Made by a program: the position numbers and the translations under genes
Shown: positions 19,052 through 27,793 of the stretch, piece by piece
Layout of the letters: every line of letters starts with the position of its first letter
How positions within the stretch are numbered: the stretch's first letter is position 1
Notes under the pieces: generated by a model
What the model was told of the DNA's origin: nothing
The model's input: the letters and a program-made list of their open reading frames with translations, nothing else
The model's database searches: none
Assembly (NCBI GenBank): GCA_030614005.1
Contig: JAUWKS010000010.1
Span: 1-32,000 of the forward strand
Direction: 5' to 3'
DNA from: Candidatus Heimdallarchaeota archaeon
GTDB taxonomy: Archaea > Asgardarchaeota > Heimdallarchaeia > JABLTI01
DNA length: 32,000 nt

Positions 19052-19561
19052 TTATTTTCTTCTTTTGATGAAGAATACTTGGATAGCTCCGGTTAAAGCG
19101 AGGATACTCAAAACTATTCCTAATCCAATACCACCAGTTTCTGTGACGGTAACATCGAAACCAGCATCTTTCATATGTTGTAAAGCTAAGTCAACACTAT
19201 ATTCGTAGAATGGTAAAGATTCATCAAAACCAACAGAGGCTTTAGGCCAATGTGTAACACTAGGAATACCCAAACCTTCGAGAATTTCTTCACAGATGAT
19301 CTCACGAGGAATCATATGGCTAATGGCTTTGCGAATATGTTTACCAGATTCTTCACCAGCAATAGGACAAAGTTCTCCTGTGCCAATGTAGGGATGATAC
19401 ATATTGATAGCCATTTCTTGGTTACCTGGATCGTCAACTAAAGTGTATGTTGCACCGGCAATAGTCATTTCACTGATCATTGCTTTGAAATTGTAGTCCA
19501 TCATATCAACTACACCAGAAGCAAGAGCAGATAAGGCACCTTCTTTGGAACCATAGAACAT
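19052..19561 (-). pseudogene. C-terminal fragment of an OppA/DppA-like (family 5) solute-binding protein
   Basis: QEMAINMYHP...IRKAISHMIPREIICEEILEG-G...YEYSVDLALQHMKDAGF, then TM + KRRK. Only 169 aa, with no signal peptide; upstream is AT-rich non-coding DNA. Confidence 0.65.
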
Positions 19562-19630
19562 ATTCTCATAAAAATATTTAAATATATTACACAAATCTGA
19601 GATTAAAGAGGCATTTATTTGAGAATATCT

Positions 19631-19648
19631 TTCTTATTTTATTGAGAA
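19631..19648. promoter_or_regulatory. Candidate wHTH operator TTCTTA-N6-TGAGAA
   Basis: Same geometry as 19723-19740 (TTCTAT-N6-CGAGAA) and 21132-21149. Confidence 0.5.
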
Positions 19649-19864
19649 AAACCCGTTCTTTATAAAGAAAAATCCTTTTCGCGTCAGTAGGGATCTATTA
19701 ACGGTATAATTAAATGCATAGATTCTATCAATTTCGAGAAGGTTCTTATCATTTTAGGGGAGGGTTACAAAAAACCTCTAATAAATCCATTTTAGCTCAA
19801 AAAGTTGCGAAAGCAGTCTAGATATTGTTAGAGAGAAAAGAAGGTTTAATTATTTAAGAGATAA

Positions 19865-19874
19865 TTTATATAAA
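19865..19874 (+). promoter_or_regulatory. TATA box of wHTH-1
   Basis: TTTATATAAA 31 nt upstream of the ATG, with a GGAG RBS between them. Confidence 0.5.
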
Positions 19875-19905
19875 GCGACTATTTAGAACCTATGGAGTTC
19901 AGCTA

Positions 19906-20553
19906 ATGGAATCTCAAGATTTAGTAACGTTCAAACCGGTAATTATCAAAATGGTTGATGCAAAAACATTTAGTACCTTTTCTGATGAGCATCTTACTGC
20001 TGTGCTAAGTTTTCTTCGGATTTCAAATTCCATGACTGTACCTGATTTAGTTTTGGCGTTTAAGGATCAAGGTATTATAAAATCAGACTCTACTGTTTAT
20101 AGATATATACAAAAATTAATTGAAAAAGAATTAGTTACCAAGTCCGGCAAACGTATTACTAGCGTCAATCCTGAAGAAGTTAAAAGTGAAACGCTCTACA
20201 GTCGTACTGCCCGTGTTTTTGTTGATAAATCAAATATCCCTGAAATAATTGAAAATCAACCAGATACTCCGTGCAATATTTGTAATTTAAGTGCCCAATT
20301 ATTACAGCAGCTTTTCCCACAAAATAATTTTTCAGCAAAGTGCTTTTCTACAATAATAAGTAAAATAGAGCATTCAAGAATTAAACTTTTTACTCAATTG
20401 GTAGAGAATGCAGACCAAGCTGTTCTGGATCAATTTGATGATATTAGCTTTGATCAAGTGAAAGAAATCATTAATTTAACCGGCTGGATTGCAACCTTGA
20501 AAACAATAGATTTAGATGCGGAGTTAACTGAATGCACTAAAAGTAAAAACTAA
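19906..20553 (+). CDS. Winged-helix (ArsR-like) regulator with C-terminal helical domain, paralog 1
   Basis: MTVPDLV...KSDSTVYRYIQKLIEKELV...GKR...SETLYSRTARVF. Confidence 0.8.
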   Translation: MESQDLVTFKPVIIKMVDAKTFSTFSDEHLTAVLSFLRISNSMTVPDLVLAFKDQGIIKSDSTVYRYIQKLIEKELVTKSGKRITSVNPEEVKSETLYSRTARVFVDKSNIPEIIENQPDTPCNICNLSAQLLQQLFPQNNFSAKCFSTIISKIEHSRIKLFTQLVENADQAVLDQFDDISFDQVKEIINLTGWIATLKTIDLDAELTECTKSKN

Positions 20554-20640
20554 AGTTTCTCTATCAAAGATTATTTTGATTTTTTATTCAGTATACTTTT
20601 CTTTAAGAATTAGGTTATAAGTAAAATTGCGATTTAGAGG

Positions 20641-20674
20641 AAAAATCTAACCCCTGCGATCTTTAACGCAAGGG
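20641..20674 (-). terminator. GC-rich hairpin plus U-tract ending the micropeptide operon
   Basis: Minus strand CCCUUGCG-UUAAAGAU-CGCAGGGG-UUAGAUUUUU, starting 2 nt after the stop of the third small ORF. Confidence 0.65.
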
Positions 20675-20676
20675 AA

Positions 20677-20787
20677 TTAGATATAATCATAACAGTAGTC
20701 TTCAAACATTAAAATGAAAACTTCTTTTTCTTGTTCATTTTGTTTGCAATTTGAATTGTTTTTCTTCTTGTCATTGCTTTGTTTCAT
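20677..20787 (-). CDS. Small ORF 3, 36 aa: MKQSNDKKKNNSNCKQNEQEKEVFILMFEDYCYDYI
   Basis: GAGGAG RBS (20798-20803), ATG, TAA; below the ORF-track cutoff. Confidence 0.6.
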   Translation of the reverse strand: MKQSNDKKKNNSNCKQNEQEKEVFILMFEDYCYDYI

Positions 20788-20825
20788 ACTTTATCTTCTC
20801 CTCAATTTTTTCGTTCTTATTTTTG

Positions 20826-20930
20826 TTATTTGTATTTTTCAGTAATACTCTGCATCATAGTTTGTGTCAATCGACTTTTTTGAAGTTGTTTCTTCACATG
20901 TAATTTCATTTTTTCTGTCTTAACAGTCAT
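20826..20930 (-). CDS. Small ORF 2, 34 aa: MTVKTEKMKLHVKKQLQKSRLTQTMMQSITEKYK
   Basis: GGAGGTGA RBS that overlaps the stop of small ORF 1, 6 nt before the ATG. Confidence 0.65.
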   Translation of the reverse strand: MTVKTEKMKLHVKKQLQKSRLTQTMMQSITEKYK

Positions 20931-20936
20931 CTCTTA

Positions 20937-21047
20937 TCACCTCCAGTTTGTACTCACTTGAGTCAAGCTAATAGTTAATTTTGCATTGACTCCATCATAG
21001 TTCTTTCTGATTTTTTTCTCAAGTTCTTTTCTTGTTTTAATCTTCAT
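20937..21047 (-). CDS. Small ORF 1, 36 aa: MKIKTRKELEKKIRKNYDGVNAKLTISLTQVSTNWR
   Basis: GGAG RBS (21057-21060), ATG, TGA. Confidence 0.6.
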   Translation of the reverse strand: MKIKTRKELEKKIRKNYDGVNAKLTISLTQVSTNWR

Positions 21048-21098
21048 TATTATTTTCTCCGACTAATTACGTTTAGGCAGTGTTAGTCTCCTAAAACA

Positions 21099-21149
21099 TT
21101 AAGAAATATTTCTTAACATAGTATATAAGTTTTCTCATTTAATTGAGAA
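21099..21149 (-). promoter_or_regulatory. Promoter of the micropeptide operon, bracketed by two palindromes
   Basis: Minus strand GAAAAC (BRE) + TTATATAC (TATA, 21121-21128). Perfect 18-bp palindrome TTAAGAAATATTTCTTAA at 21099-21116; TTCTCA-N6-TGAGAA at 21132-21149. Confidence 0.6.
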
Positions 21150-21295
21150 CATTGTTTAATTTTATTAGAACTTGTTTTCTAAGTCTTTAAGAAAAATATA
21201 TAAATAACTTGAGAAGATATAGACATATAGATTAAGACTATTTGAATAAATAGATATCTTATGAATAAAATAAGCAAGTACGGAGCGAAGTATTA

Positions 21296-21931
21296 ATGGT
21301 CTCTCAGGAAGCAATAACCTATAAACAAAAACCAGTTAAAATTATTAAAGATCAAAAAACGCTCAAAGTTTTTCATAAAGAAAATTTAATGATGGTTTTG
21401 AAATATCTAAAAAAAGGTCCATGTTCTATACAAGATCTTGTTACCAAATTCAAAGAACACGACAATGAAAAATCGGACAAAACTATTTATCGCTATTTAC
21501 ACAAATTAATTGAAGTTAAATTAGTAGCAAAAGCAGGTAAAAGAGTCACTGCTGATGAAGACGACGAAATTTTCAGCGAAACAATTTATATTCGATCCGC
21601 AAAAGCATTCATTACTGTTAATCCAATAGATGACCGAGAATGCACAGGTGGAGAAGAATGCCCTGTTTGGGAAGCGATACGATTATTGGTTGGTCAATTT
21701 TTTGATAAGAAAGGAGACAGAAAGAGCTTCAGTGATTTAGCTACTAAATTAGATCGTGATATAGATAAGCTTGTCATTGAAATGTTTGAAAATGCTGATG
21801 AAGAAACACTTGATAAAATTGTAGAACTAGATTGGTCAGGTATCAATCATGTAATGCAATTTGCAGGATGGTTAGCCATTAGTACAAAGATAGACATTTC
21901 TAAAGAATTAGAAAAAAGTTACAATGCATAA
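21296..21931 (+). CDS. Winged-helix (ArsR-like) regulator with C-terminal helical domain, paralog 2
   Basis: SIQDLV...KSDKTIYRYLHKLIEVKLV...GKR...SETIYIRSAKAF. C-terminal ENAD...GW motif shared with paralog 1. Confidence 0.8.
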   Translation: MVSQEAITYKQKPVKIIKDQKTLKVFHKENLMMVLKYLKKGPCSIQDLVTKFKEHDNEKSDKTIYRYLHKLIEVKLVAKAGKRVTADEDDEIFSETIYIRSAKAFITVNPIDDRECTGGEECPVWEAIRLLVGQFFDKKGDRKSFSDLATKLDRDIDKLVIEMFENADEETLDKIVELDWSGINHVMQFAGWLAISTKIDISKELEKSYNA

Positions 21932-21986
21932 TCTCATTTGAGATTTTACTAAACAAAACAATAACATCAAAAGTATTTAACTCTAG

Positions 21987-22041
21987 AACTTGAGGGCGAG
22001 GTTTCCCTAATTAACCATTCCTTTCTCCTCTCTCTCAAGTT
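21987..22041. terminator. Long stem-loop between convergent genes
   Basis: AACTTGAGGGCGAGG-N25-CCTCTCTCTCAAGTT; 14 of 15 pairs including one G-U on the plus-strand RNA. Confidence 0.45.
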
Positions 22042-22080
22042 TATTGATTACTTTTTACTTCGTTATGCAGATTGAAAAAC

Positions 22081-22617
22081 CTAGTCTAACTCTTGGATAT
22101 AAGTTGAAAATGGTTCAAGTTCTTTCCAAAGATTGAAATGAGTGTTAAGAATCCCAGCTAAATTAGAATACTCGACAAACATTCCTTGTTTCCGAAAACC
22201 AAGGAGGTTATCAAACGTTTTAAGGGCTAAGATAATTTCCCAACCAGTATGGTTTGATTTTTCTCGCATAAAGGTTCGAAGGTTAGTAAAAAGAACTTTA
22301 GGTGTATCATCACTATCAGGACCATTAAAATCAGTAATAAGTATTGCACAGATACGAGTTAATCTTTTAAGATCTACTTCAGTGCTCACTTGATATCGTT
22401 TTCTTAGCTTTTCACTTAGATTATAGGTAACACCATCAGATCTCATTAATGTATAAGGTATAGATAATGTCTCTTTTTCCTTATTTTCAATAAATGAGCC
22501 AGGCTTAAAAACGAGTTTACCTACTGATGACTGAATAATTAAATTGAAACCTGTTTGTTGTAAATATTCAATGCCAATTTTGAATTTGTTTTGTCTCTCT
22601 TTACGATTCATAAACAT
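22081..22617 (-). CDS. Hypothetical protein
   Basis: 178-aa ORF filling the gap; no motif recognised. Confidence 0.6.
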   Translation of the reverse strand: MFMNRKERQNKFKIGIEYLQQTGFNLIIQSSVGKLVFKPGSFIENKEKETLSIPYTLMRSDGVTYNLSEKLRKRYQVSTEVDLKRLTRICAILITDFNGPDSDDTPKVLFTNLRTFMREKSNHTGWEIILALKTFDNLLGFRKQGMFVEYSNLAGILNTHFNLWKELEPFSTYIQELD

Positions 22618-22713
22618 AAAACGACTGAAGAAGTTATAAGATTTCTCATATTAAGTATAGTTAGTAATGAGTAAAGCTAATATTAGTTTAAACTCTCAAT
22701 TATTTGATGCATT

Positions 22714-23238
22714 ATGAAAAAAGGAGTCAAAATTTCTTTAATAGTTGTTCCGATTGTAATCGTAGTTGTCTTAGGGGCAACATTGGGTGGAACATTACTT
22801 TACACGAAGAATAATGTGAGTTACACTATTGGTGATACAACTTTAACAAATGATATTGCTAGATTATCTTTGGGAGTGTTTTCAGGGCATATAGAAACAG
22901 ATACTCCTCTCGAGATAGTTAACAATGGACTTTATGATATCATTAATTTATCAATCACAATAACAATTACTGGGCAAAATTTCGATGAATTAGCAGATCT
23001 TAATGGTATAGTTTTAGGTCATGGTGTGAATGATTTGGGAACAATTCCAAAAGGTGAGTCTTGGTCAGGAGTTCTTGAAATAACAATAAATGAATATATT
23101 GTAATTCTTGCTATTCAAGATGGAGAAATGAAAATCAGTATTGATATTGCTTTCAAGTTGAATTTTGTTCTTTTCAAACCAAACTTAGCTTATAATGAAG
23201 TACAAATTGAAGAATGGGACTCACCTTTCGATTTCTGA
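22714..23238 (+). CDS. N-terminally anchored membrane protein with LEA_2-like beta-sandwich
   Basis: KK + single TM, then beta-rich LEIVNNGLYDIINLSITITI pattern. Confidence 0.55.
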   Translation: MKKGVKISLIVVPIVIVVVLGATLGGTLLYTKNNVSYTIGDTTLTNDIARLSLGVFSGHIETDTPLEIVNNGLYDIINLSITITITGQNFDELADLNGIVLGHGVNDLGTIPKGESWSGVLEITINEYIVILAIQDGEMKISIDIAFKLNFVLFKPNLAYNEVQIEEWDSPFDF

Positions 23239-23300
23239 TCTTATTTGATTGAAGTAATAAAAAGAATAAAGGTAGGGGTTGTATGTTTACCCCTTTATCT

Positions 23301-24206
23301 TTAAGTAAATTTTTCGTACCAAACCTTGATAACAAATTCAAGCCATTTGGTATGCATATCTCCACCATCTATCCAACCTTTCTCTTTTTGACCAAAATAC
23401 TCAGGAATGTCTGGATGGGAAGCAATTTCTGCTAAAGGAATATTCTGTTTTTTGAGCTGTTTCAGAGTTGAAAGAAGCTCCTCAAAATATTTTCTTACAT
23501 TACTGATGAACTTTTTATCAACGATGGATCCATGACCGGAAATGAAATGGTCGACGTCTAAAGATTCCCATTTTTTATACACGTCAATTACTAACGGATC
23601 AAAGACATATTGTGCATAACTTGTTACTATATTATCACCTGTACACACAAGCTTCTCTTTAGCTGAATAAATATAGGATGAATCTTTTGAATGTCCACCG
23701 GTTACTTTTACTACTAATTCATGACCTTCTGGTCCTATTGTCATTTCACTTGCAATAGGAGTATTAGGCAAAAACCATAGACCATTCTTTATCGTTGAAA
23801 CTATTTCAGCAGAATCTGAATATTCTTCTGCGTTTTTAGCTAATTGAATGTGAATATCTTCGGGAGGACTTAGAACATCTGGTTTTATAATTTCTACTCC
23901 AATCTCAGGGGCAACAATTTTGACATCTTTAAAAACTTCCATAGCCATAAAATGATCTTCGTGCATATGGGTTAAAATAAGATGAGAAGTTTTTTTAGCA
24001 AAATGTTTCTCCATATCCTCTCTAAATTCCTTGGCAAAAGCAATGTTCATCCCACAATCAACAAAAACCAATTCACCTGGTAAAGAAATACACGTCATTA
24101 GTGAAGTATGAGCTGGTCGAAGGTCTCCTCTGAACTCTTTTCTTGTTGCTAACGTTGTAAAGACATTTTCTGATACTTGTATATATTTATCTTTAATCTC
24201 ATTCAT
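23301..24206 (-). CDS. Metallo-beta-lactamase-fold hydrolase
   Basis: THMHEDH, GGHS, TGDN, SGHG. Start moved to ATG 24206 behind a GGAGGA RBS. Confidence 0.92.
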   Translation of the reverse strand: MNEIKDKYIQVSENVFTTLATRKEFRGDLRPAHTSLMTCISLPGELVFVDCGMNIAFAKEFREDMEKHFAKKTSHLILTHMHEDHFMAMEVFKDVKIVAPEIGVEIIKPDVLSPPEDIHIQLAKNAEEYSDSAEIVSTIKNGLWFLPNTPIASEMTIGPEGHELVVKVTGGHSKDSSYIYSAKEKLVCTGDNIVTSYAQYVFDPLVIDVYKKWESLDVDHFISGHGSIVDKKFISNVRKYFEELLSTLKQLKKQNIPLAEIASHPDIPEYFGQKEKGWIDGGDMHTKWLEFVIKVWYEKFT

Positions 24207-24310
24207 TTCTAGTTTCCTCCATAAAAGCAATATCACAGTATAATCGAATATTTTTAAGGATTTCATTTATAATCTAAACTGAAAACTAATTGAATTTCAT
24301 AATAGATACG

Positions 24311-25006
24311 TTACACAATAAATTTTCTTGCCCAATGACGTCTTCGTAGAATTGAAAATCTCTCAGCGTACTGTACATCGGAATCCATGCCCATACTTCT
24401 TCTTCGTGCTACAACATTTTCTACTGCTCCAACCCATCCGTATGTTTCCGCATAACAATTTGTTACTTCTTTTATTTTATCAATTGAATCAGAAACATCC
24501 ACGTAAATAGAAGGTAAAAGAGCTCTCTCATCATAGTATTGAAAAATAGTCAAATCTTCTCGGTGGGCACCTAATGGAGACACTATTCGAGGTATTCTTG
24601 CCATAGGAACAGCATCAATAAGGAGTTGAGCCATTGATCTATGATCAGGGTGCCGGTGAAAGGAGTTCCAAGTGATGATTGCATCAGGTTTTATCTCGCT
24701 AATTACTCCAGCTAATTTCTTGGCATTTTTTCGTGTTATTTCAACTTCCGTATCTTCGAAATCTAAGAACATAATCTCACAATCAATTATTTTCGCTACT
24801 TTTTGAGCATGGTCCTCTCGAGCAGAAACGATTTTTTCAACAGGAACATCACCCATTAACGAAGTCATTTCTCCATGAGTAGCAAAACATAAAACAACTC
24901 GATCTCCACGAGTAATATGATTGGCCATTGTTCCTACACAACTTATTTCATCATCAGCGTGAGGAAAACAAGCAAAAATGGTTTTTCTATCATCATTTTG
25001 TTTCAA
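24311..25006 (-). CDS. PIG-L/LmbE family (BshB1-like) deacetylase
   Basis: PHADDE, GEM, HRHPDH, YAERF. Confidence 0.92.
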   Translation of the reverse strand: MKQNDDRKTIFACFPHADDEISCVGTMANHITRGDRVVLCFATHGEMTSLMGDVPVEKIVSAREDHAQKVAKIIDCEIMFLDFEDTEVEITRKNAKKLAGVISEIKPDAIITWNSFHRHPDHRSMAQLLIDAVPMARIPRIVSPLGAHREDLTIFQYYDERALLPSIYVDVSDSIDKIKEVTNCYAETYGWVGAVENVVARRRSMGMDSDVQYAERFSILRRRHWARKFIV

Positions 25007-25116
25007 AATATCACCAGAGATTCAAGATACAATTATTCATATTAAAGATTGAATGTATTAAAATAAATGTGTCTAATAATGTGAAAATGATAAAAATAGA
25101 AAAATTAAAGTGGAAT

Positions 25117-26673
25117 TCAATTCCAATTATGCAACTTGTAATATTCTGTAACCATCTTCTTAATATCTACTACTGAACCTTTTGTAGGACCCCTTTTTAA
25201 TGGTTCTTTTAGAAATCGTTCCGGTAAAGTATCATCTCTTTGAGACATCCCAAACTTCTGGTTAAGTTTCTTTTGCAAATCAATTGACTCATTCATAATT
25301 TTTTGAAGATAGGCAGGTGTATATTTTATTCCTGTACAAGTTAGTAAGAGAGAGGATATGTTATCAAAATTCAAAACATCCATACATAACCCGATGTTTT
25401 TACACATAGTGAGGCAATCAGTAAGTAAGGCTATTTTTTCTGAATAGAAAACTAATGCTGCTTTACCCTCTTCAGATAAACGATCAGCTGCTTTTTCTGT
25501 GCCAAATCTTTTTTTGGCCTCTGCTTTTCTATTTGTAAGTTCAAAAAACGGTTCTGCTCGTAAATGATCTCCTCCTCTAGAGGCAATAGCGTAAGTTAGT
25601 CCGTAGGCTTTAATTCCACGAGGGTCACCATTAATAATATCTAATCCTTTAACATGAAGAACTAATTTTTGAGCCGCTTCACTAAAATCTTGTGAAAGCA
25701 GAAAAGTACCATTAGCAAGACGATTACCGATGCCTTCTCTGAAAGTTATCTGTTTAATCACTTCTCGAACTTTGTCATTGTCTCCCCACTTTAAATCAAG
25801 CCCATCTAAATCACAAGGTTGAATTAAACCTTTTTCTTGGCATTCCATTATCCAAGCAATTACTTCAGAAGTAGATATAGAATCAAGACCCATCTGATTT
25901 AACCAATGATTCATTTCAAGAGCAAAAGGAAGATGCTCATTGCCTATCTTTGAAGTAAAGCTACATAATGTTTCATATTCTGGTCCCTCAGCTTCTATGC
26001 CTTCGCAAATGTAATATCTTGAACAATGTAAGTTACAATTAAAACAAGCTTTATTTTTCACTTTGAAAGTTCTAGCTAGTTTTTCGCCGGAAACTTTGTC
26101 AATATAATCACAAACACCATCTTGGAAATGATTAACAGGTAAAATACCAATTCTATTTAAATCAGACATTAGCATTGTTGTACCCATTTGGTAACGTTTA
26201 GTATATTCATTGTGATTCTGAATATCTTGTTCAATTTTCTTTACTTCAGCTAAAAATGCTAATGGTTCAGCAAATTCAATCGATTTTGAACCACGAACAG
26301 CAATTGCTTTGAGATTTTTAGAACCCATGACAGCGCCCATACCAGTTCGTCCATTAACACGATTTCCACTCGAGACAATGGTTGAATAGAGAACTTGGTG
26401 CTCTCCAGCAGAACCTATTGCCGCAACCTGAATTTGATAATCTCGATGTATTCTTCTAATGATGCTTGTTGTTTCGACTATTGTTTTTTCTTTAAGTCGT
26501 GAACCATCACAAAATTCTACACCATCGTTTGTAATAAAAAGGTAAGATAATTGGTCAGCTTTTCCAGTAATTATAATATGGTCAAATCCAGTTAGTTTCA
26601 TTTCAGGACCAAATGATCCACCTGCAGCTGAATCACCAAGAATTCCTGTTAATGGTGATTTTGCTGTGACAAT
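25117..26673 (-). pseudogene. aor: Tungsten aldehyde:ferredoxin oxidoreductase family gene lacking its 5' end
   Basis: GAVMGSKNLKAI, CFNCNLHC, GPEYET, GLDSIS, SRGGDH, DTLPERF. In-frame homology IVTAKSPLTGILGDSAAGGSFGPE extends upstream of ATG 26601 to about 26673, then ends with no usable start codon. Confidence 0.75.
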
Positions 26674-26771
26674 AAAATCCTTTATTATCAGTAAATTTTT
26701 ACTTGAAAAGGAAACAGTTTGGAATTATACTTTAAAACAATAGATAAAATATGCTAGGTGAATGATTAAGA

Positions 26772-27791
26772 ATGAAACAGGCATTTATTACAGGAGCAAA
26801 TGGATTCATAGGTAGCTTTCTTACGAAACATCTAGCTGAACAAGGAATACAAACAACTGCCTTTATTCTCAAAGGAACAGATTGTGATTTACTTCGTATT
26901 ATCTATCCCACACTCAAAAACGTAACAATTGTTGAAGGAAATATTCTAGATAAAGAATCTCTTAATGAGCTAGTTAAGGGAAAAGATTACATTGTTCATC
27001 TAGCAGGAGTAGTTATTGGTTATGAGCAAGAGGATTTTGATCGAATAAATGTTAAAGGCACAGAAAATATCCTAAACGCTTGTATAGAATACAATCCTAA
27101 AGTAGAACGAATAGTACTCACATCCTCAAGTGCAGCTGCAGGATTTGGTACTGCTGATAACCCATTGACAGAGGATCAAGAACCACGACCTTTACCGGGT
27201 GATTTTTACGGTATATCAAAATATCGGATGGAACGTTTAGCTGAAACCTATAAAGATAGATTATCAATAACAATTATTCGACCTTGTGCGGTGATAGGTC
27301 CAGGCAATCAAGTGGTACAGGAAAATTATCCATTAATTAAAAAGGGATTTAAATTAGAGTTCCTAGGTCCTAAACGTGCTGCTAGCACAATTAATGTTGA
27401 AGATTTAGCATTTGGTTTTTATCTTTGTATGGTAAAACCCGAAGCAAAAGGAGAAGTATTCTATTTCTGTGCAAATGGAATTACTTCTTTATCAGAATAT
27501 CAAGAAATAGTTAGTTATATAATTTCAAATCGAAAATATGGAACATTGATTAGTATACCAATTCCCCGATTTCTTATGAAGACTTTGGCATTAATAGTTG
27601 AAAGAGTTCATCGGATAAAAAAGAAACCAGCGCCATTTATTAGCAAAACAAAAATTATTGGTATTTATGCCCCAGGGCAAGTAGTTAGTGCTGAAAAAGC
27701 CAAGAGACTTCTTGGATGGAAACCTAAATACTCAATTGTTCAAAGTATTATAATTGAAGCAAATTGGTTTATTGAGCAAGGTTGGATCTAA
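26772..27791 (+). CDS. Extended SDR, NAD-dependent epimerase/3-beta-HSD-like
   Basis: ITGANGFIG, HLAG, TSSSAA, YGISK, IIRPCAVIGP. Confidence 0.92.
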   Translation: MKQAFITGANGFIGSFLTKHLAEQGIQTTAFILKGTDCDLLRIIYPTLKNVTIVEGNILDKESLNELVKGKDYIVHLAGVVIGYEQEDFDRINVKGTENILNACIEYNPKVERIVLTSSSAAAGFGTADNPLTEDQEPRPLPGDFYGISKYRMERLAETYKDRLSITIIRPCAVIGPGNQVVQENYPLIKKGFKLEFLGPKRAASTINVEDLAFGFYLCMVKPEAKGEVFYFCANGITSLSEYQEIVSYIISNRKYGTLISIPIPRFLMKTLALIVERVHRIKKKPAPFISKTKIIGIYAPGQVVSAEKAKRLLGWKPKYSIVQSIIIEANWFIEQGWI

Positions 27792-27793
27792 AA

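Noticed and set aside
20677-20787. Small ORF 3 as a RiPP precursor
   Set aside because: The leader/core-like composition is suggestive, but no radical SAM, YcaO, lanthipeptide or peptidase gene is adjacent. Kept only as a micropeptide.
10835-24266. Long N-terminal extensions in the track for ORFs ending at starts 10945, 15542 and 24266
   Set aside because: Downstream ATGs (10834, 15437, 24206) have clear RBSs and avoid overlaps or non-coding-like sequence.
25105-25119. Selenocysteine read-through of the AOR TGA stop
   Set aside because: Read-through would add only about four residues before TAA, and the position is not a cofactor ligand.
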